Source: Candidatus Kapaibacterium sp.
Lineage (GTDB): Bacteria > Bacteroidota > Ignavibacteria > Kapaibacteriales > UBA2268
Length of the DNA: 64,000 nt
Reading direction: 5' to 3'
Assembly (NCBI GenBank): GCA_963665665.1
Contig: OY762428.1
Coordinates: 32,001 to 96,000 of the forward strand
Positions 60,827 through 64,000 of the stretch are shown one piece after another. Both the position numbers and the translations under genes were made by a program. Position 1 is the stretch's first letter, and each line of letters starts with the position of its first letter. The notes beneath the pieces are model-generated. The model saw nothing but the letters and a program-made list of their open reading frames with translations, was not told the origin of the DNA and searched no databases.

Positions 60827-63800
60827 TTACTCCACAACCACCTTGTCATAATAAATGCCGGTGGCGGTTTTCAGGATGAGGAAGTAGAGGCCTGAGGACA
60901 GTTCCTGAATGTTTATTTTAATTTTGTCTTTGCTGTTGAGGGGATGTTCGCGGAGGAGCTTGCCCTGCGAATCGTATATTTCAAGGCTCTGCGGATTGGA
61001 GATGTCGCCGCTGAGGTTGATTTCGATTTGGCCTGTTGCAGGGTTGGGACAGGCTGTGATGCCGGGGATTGCGAAAGTGGATATTGCCCGCAAGTCGCCG
61101 ATGCAGATTTCTTCAACTTTCAGAAAGCCGTTTTGGGTGGAATTGTCGATATAGGGGCTGTCCCACTCGAAGCTGTTTATTTTTAATTCGCATTCGCGAA
61201 TGTCGGACAGCAGCAGGCCGCCGGATAGTTCCGCTATTGCCTGCTCGCCTTTGCTAAGGCTGATATTTTCTCCCGATATACTTAAAATTCGCTCTCTGCC
61301 GGATTTTTCATTGCTGAGAATGGTTGCGTTGTCAATGCCGGTAAGGTCGTACAGATAAGCGTCAAGGCTGATCTCGGCGGTGTAGGACAATCCGCTTATA
61401 TCCTCGGTGGAATTCAGGCTTACCATTAACGGGATGCGGAAATCAGGATCGCCTATAGTTCCTATTGTTTCGGGGAAGAAAATCAGGTTTTCATGTTTTA
61501 CTATACCGGATATATCAATAGTATCCCGATATTCGCAGAATGGGCCGGCAAACTTCAGGTATATTTTATCATCATAATCTCCTGCAATGCCTGAGAATAA
61601 AGATACAGTCAGCATTTCAGAATTACCTGTGTTAATTTTCCTTCCTGTCAGGTCGGGAGCAATAGAAAATTCGGCTGCATTTTCAAGGCTGATTTCTTCT
61701 ATTGTAAAATCATATTCGCCGGTATTCTTTATTTCGATTTGTTCTGTTGCGTTTTCGCTGATTCTTGCCGAAACCGAGACGGATTCAGGAATTTCGTAAA
61801 GTATTGTGTATCTTTCACCTTGCAGCTCTGTAATGAATTCCACTTCAACCATATCGATCAATATTATATTTCGAGCCTGTGCTGTCTTCGGGCCGTTTGT
61901 GGATGATTCGGGAGTGAAAATGACTTTCTCAATGATGGAATTTCCTGGCTGAATTTCAATATTTTCATAACTATCTTCGAATGAAAACAGCTCTTTATCA
62001 GTTCCCTGAATTTCCCCGGAAAGTAGTGTTAGCGGTAGTTTACCGGTGTTTTTAATCTCAATATCCATCGTTTTGGACTGGCAGAATTCCGTTTCATTAT
62101 AATTGCAAATGGGAGTTACCTCAACGGAGGATTTTATGCCAGTAGCGTCAATTCTGAAAGCCACTGTATCAGGGCAGGGGCCTTGAATTATGATCTGCGG
62201 CCATGCAGAATAATCGATTGCGTCAGCCAGGTTGATAGTTGCTTCTATTTCATAATCTTCACCAGCAGGGATAGTAAATGATTGTGGCTGAATTTCCAGC
62301 CAGTCATGGTTCTCAATTATTTCGGATATTGTTAGTTCGAAGCCGTTGTGGTTGGTGAGTACACATTTCAAAGTTGAATTGCGGTTTATTCCCACATTGC
62401 CGAAGGAAATATTCTCAGCAGTGAGGTTCACGGACTCGGTCTCGCCACGAAGCCGGACAGTACGGAATCCCTCCTCCGGGTGGTCGGTTTTGATCCTCAG
62501 TTCGCCAGTTTTTAGTCCGTCTGGAGCTTGTGGGGTAAAGCGTATCACATAAAATGCGGTGTCGAGAAAATCAAGGACTGTCCCCAATGGCGTTGCCGAA
62601 ACAATTTCAAAATCATCTTTATTCTTCAGGTATGCTTCGTCAAGAAGTTTAACCGGGGCGCCGCCGCAGTTCACAAGCCTGACGGTATCTAACGGAGTCT
62701 TGCAGTCCGCCACAAAGCCGTAATCAATATCGTTGGCAGCAAGTTCATAACGCAGGGTTATAGTATGCAGTTTCACAAAACCGTCGATTGGGCAGGCCTC
62801 GCCAATCTTTTGTGTTTCAACAGAAAGGGTATCAAAATATTCCTTTTCGGCTGTGCCCTGGACTGTCATTGTAACTATCATGCTGTCGCCGGGAATGAGG
62901 ACTGCCGGTATTGCCGGGTCTGTTTCAGTGATCCTGAATGGCAGATCGAACTCATTTAAGTCGCTGATGTAGAGGTCTGAAGTTCCGGTATTGTGGATAG
63001 TGAATGTCTTCTCGGGACGTTTCCCGAACTTCACATACCCGAAGTCAATATCATTGCTAATCTCCATTCCCGGCTCAACGACGAGGGCTTTTATCAGTAG
63101 GGAGTCCATTATAGCATCGTCTTCATTGCAGTAAATGTACATCATTGTTTCAATCGGCCCGGTTTTGTCCGGGGCAACATGTATTCTAACGCCAAGCGTA
63201 TCATTCCAGAAAAGCGAGTCCCCGCGCATGTATCCGCCGGAAAAATGCTCATTATCCTCGAAAACCGGCGGCTTAAGATGCAGGCCGAAATCCGAGAAAT
63301 TCTTAACTGCCGCAAAGCCTGTTTTCGTATCGCCAAGGCATATTTTACCAAGATCAAGGGTATCAAACTGCTCTTCAATATCTTTATCGTAAATCTCAAA
63401 ATTAATTCTCTCAACGGTAAATTTTGCGAGGAATGCTGGATGGCCGGGTACCTGGTAATCTGTATTTACAGGTGAATAATATTTTTCTAATTTACCAGGG
63501 GTGTTGCCACCAATACATAAAGTATTAGGTGGTTTGAATTTAGTTGAATAGGCATAATCATTAATGTTAGATTCATTAACTCCAAACTGGTATTCCCATA
63601 AAATCATCCCGCTGGGATCTATCTTTTTAATCAAAACATCATGATTATCTTCTTTACTTGTTAGTGTCAGTAGTGCAACATAGGCGTTGCCATATTGATC
63701 AACTGAATTTATTTGAAATTCATGCACCGGATCAACATCAAAAATTGACATTGGCGGATGTATAATATTATAGATAATATTTCCGTCCTTATCCATTTTT

Positions 63801-64000
63801 GTAGTACTTTCATTATCCCAATTTGAGTTGTCATAATTAAAATCACCACCCGAAAAAATAATATTATCATCTTTATCCACCGCAATCCACCTGACTATAT
63901 AACCAGCAATTGCATTTTTTCGAAACAGAACGGAACCGTCTTCTTTATCCAAAATATAGTAATTATAATCTAAGGTAGCTTTAGGATCGGACCGAAGAAC
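60827..64000 (-). CDS. Large T9SS cargo (5'-truncated by window edge): beta-propeller-like head + multiple Ig-like domains + cohesin-like domain + CTD
   Basis: Frame open to base 64000; VDKDDNI, VDQYGNAYV, KIDPSG..LW propeller blades; repeated DFG.V..I.NTG...L.I units; CTD ACPNPA..SSGLYFLIL..KVVVE. Confidence 0.85.
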   Translation of the reverse strand, partial: VLRSDPKATLDYNYYILDKEDGSVLFRKNAIAGYIVRWIAVDKDDNIIFSGGDFNYDNSNWDNESTTKMDKDGNIIYNIIHPPMSIFDVDPVHEFQINSVDQYGNAYVALLTLTSKEDNHDVLIKKIDPSGMILWEYQFGVNESNINDYAYSTKFKPPNTLCIGGNTPGKLEKYYSPVNTDYQVPGHPAFLAKFTVERINFEIYDKDIEEQFDTLDLGKICLGDTKTGFAAVKNFSDFGLHLKPPVFEDNEHFSGGYMRGDSLFWNDTLGVRIHVAPDKTGPIETMMYIYCNEDDAIMDSLLIKALVVEPGMEISNDIDFGYVKFGKRPEKTFTIHNTGTSDLYISDLNEFDLPFRITETDPAIPAVLIPGDSMIVTMTVQGTAEKEYFDTLSVETQKIGEACPIDGFVKLHTITLRYELAANDIDYGFVADCKTPLDTVRLVNCGGAPVKLLDEAYLKNKDDFEIVSATPLGTVLDFLDTAFYVIRFTPQAPDGLKTGELRIKTDHPEEGFRTVRLRGETESVNLTAENISFGNVGINRNSTLKCVLTNHNGFELTISEIIENHDWLEIQPQSFTIPAGEDYEIEATINLADAIDYSAWPQIIIQGPCPDTVAFRIDATGIKSSVEVTPICNYNETEFCQSKTMDIEIKNTGKLPLTLLSGEIQGTDKELFSFEDSYENIEIQPGNSIIEKVIFTPESSTNGPKTAQARNIILIDMVEVEFITELQGERYTILYEIPESVSVSARISENATEQIEIKNTGEYDFTIEEISLENAAEFSIAPDLTGRKINTGNSEMLTVSLFSGIAGDYDDKIYLKFAGPFCEYRDTIDISGIVKHENLIFFPETIGTIGDPDFRIPLMVSLNSTEDISGLSYTAEISLDAYLYDLTGIDNATILSNEKSGRERILSISGENISLSKGEQAIAELSGGLLLSDIRECELKINSFEWDSPYIDNSTQNGFLKVEEICIGDLRAISTFAIPGITACPNPATGQIEINLSGDISNPQSLEIYDSQGKLLREHPLNSKDKIKINIQELSSGLYFLILKTATGIYYDKVVVE

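Noticed and set aside
56271-60895. Short ORFs over the REP clusters (56271-56609, 60427-60687, 60474-60656, 60671-60895)
   Set aside because: They are translations of palindromic repeats (VILSASEES, CPPLAGVSEG, CHSERSEES), a known source of spurious ORFs.
379-63475. Numerous 60-200 aa ORFs antisense or out of frame within recognised genes (e.g. 6032-6436, 23097-23699, 48101-48658)
   Set aside because: They are shadows of well-supported genes, with no motifs or independent expression signals.
57644-64000. Diversity-generating retroelement acting on the surface proteins
   Set aside because: No reverse transcriptase and no template/variable repeat pair differing at adenines was seen.

Overview
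AT-rich chromosomal segment from an FCB-group bacterium, most consistent with an Ignavibacteria/Kapabacteria-like organism. This placement is inferred from PorZ and many type IX secretion (T9SS) C-terminal-domain proteins, an alternative complex III, and TAnnTTTG-type promoters. The left part is housekeeping: SAM methyltransferase, ECF sigma factor, PhoR/PhoB-like pair, gyrB-dciA-recF-dnaN without adjacent dnaA, psd-pssA, purS-purQ-tatA-tatB-gatA, GT-C glycosyltransferase-porZ-ribH. The middle holds an AT-rich islet with an intact HigA-IrrE antitoxin behind a doubly frameshifted higB, an MFS transporter, a TPR protein, a GH18 chitinase, an Rpn nuclease, a CLC channel and a reduced actABCDE operon lacking actF. 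The right part is rich in modular T9SS surface proteins (head + Ig stalk + cohesin-like + CTD), plus lptD, PTPS-folE and a UbiB-family kinase. The best novelty candidate is 56.3-60.8 kb: a two-gene unit (14-Cys secreted protein + T9SS beta-propeller) with a (TAATGT)13 microsatellite upstream, bracketed by matching REP-like elements in the same order. A candidate small RNA with operator-like repeats lies upstream of the thioesterase-ACIII genes. No CRISPR array, tRNA, rRNA, integrase or reverse transcriptase was recognised. All calls are by eye, without database searches.
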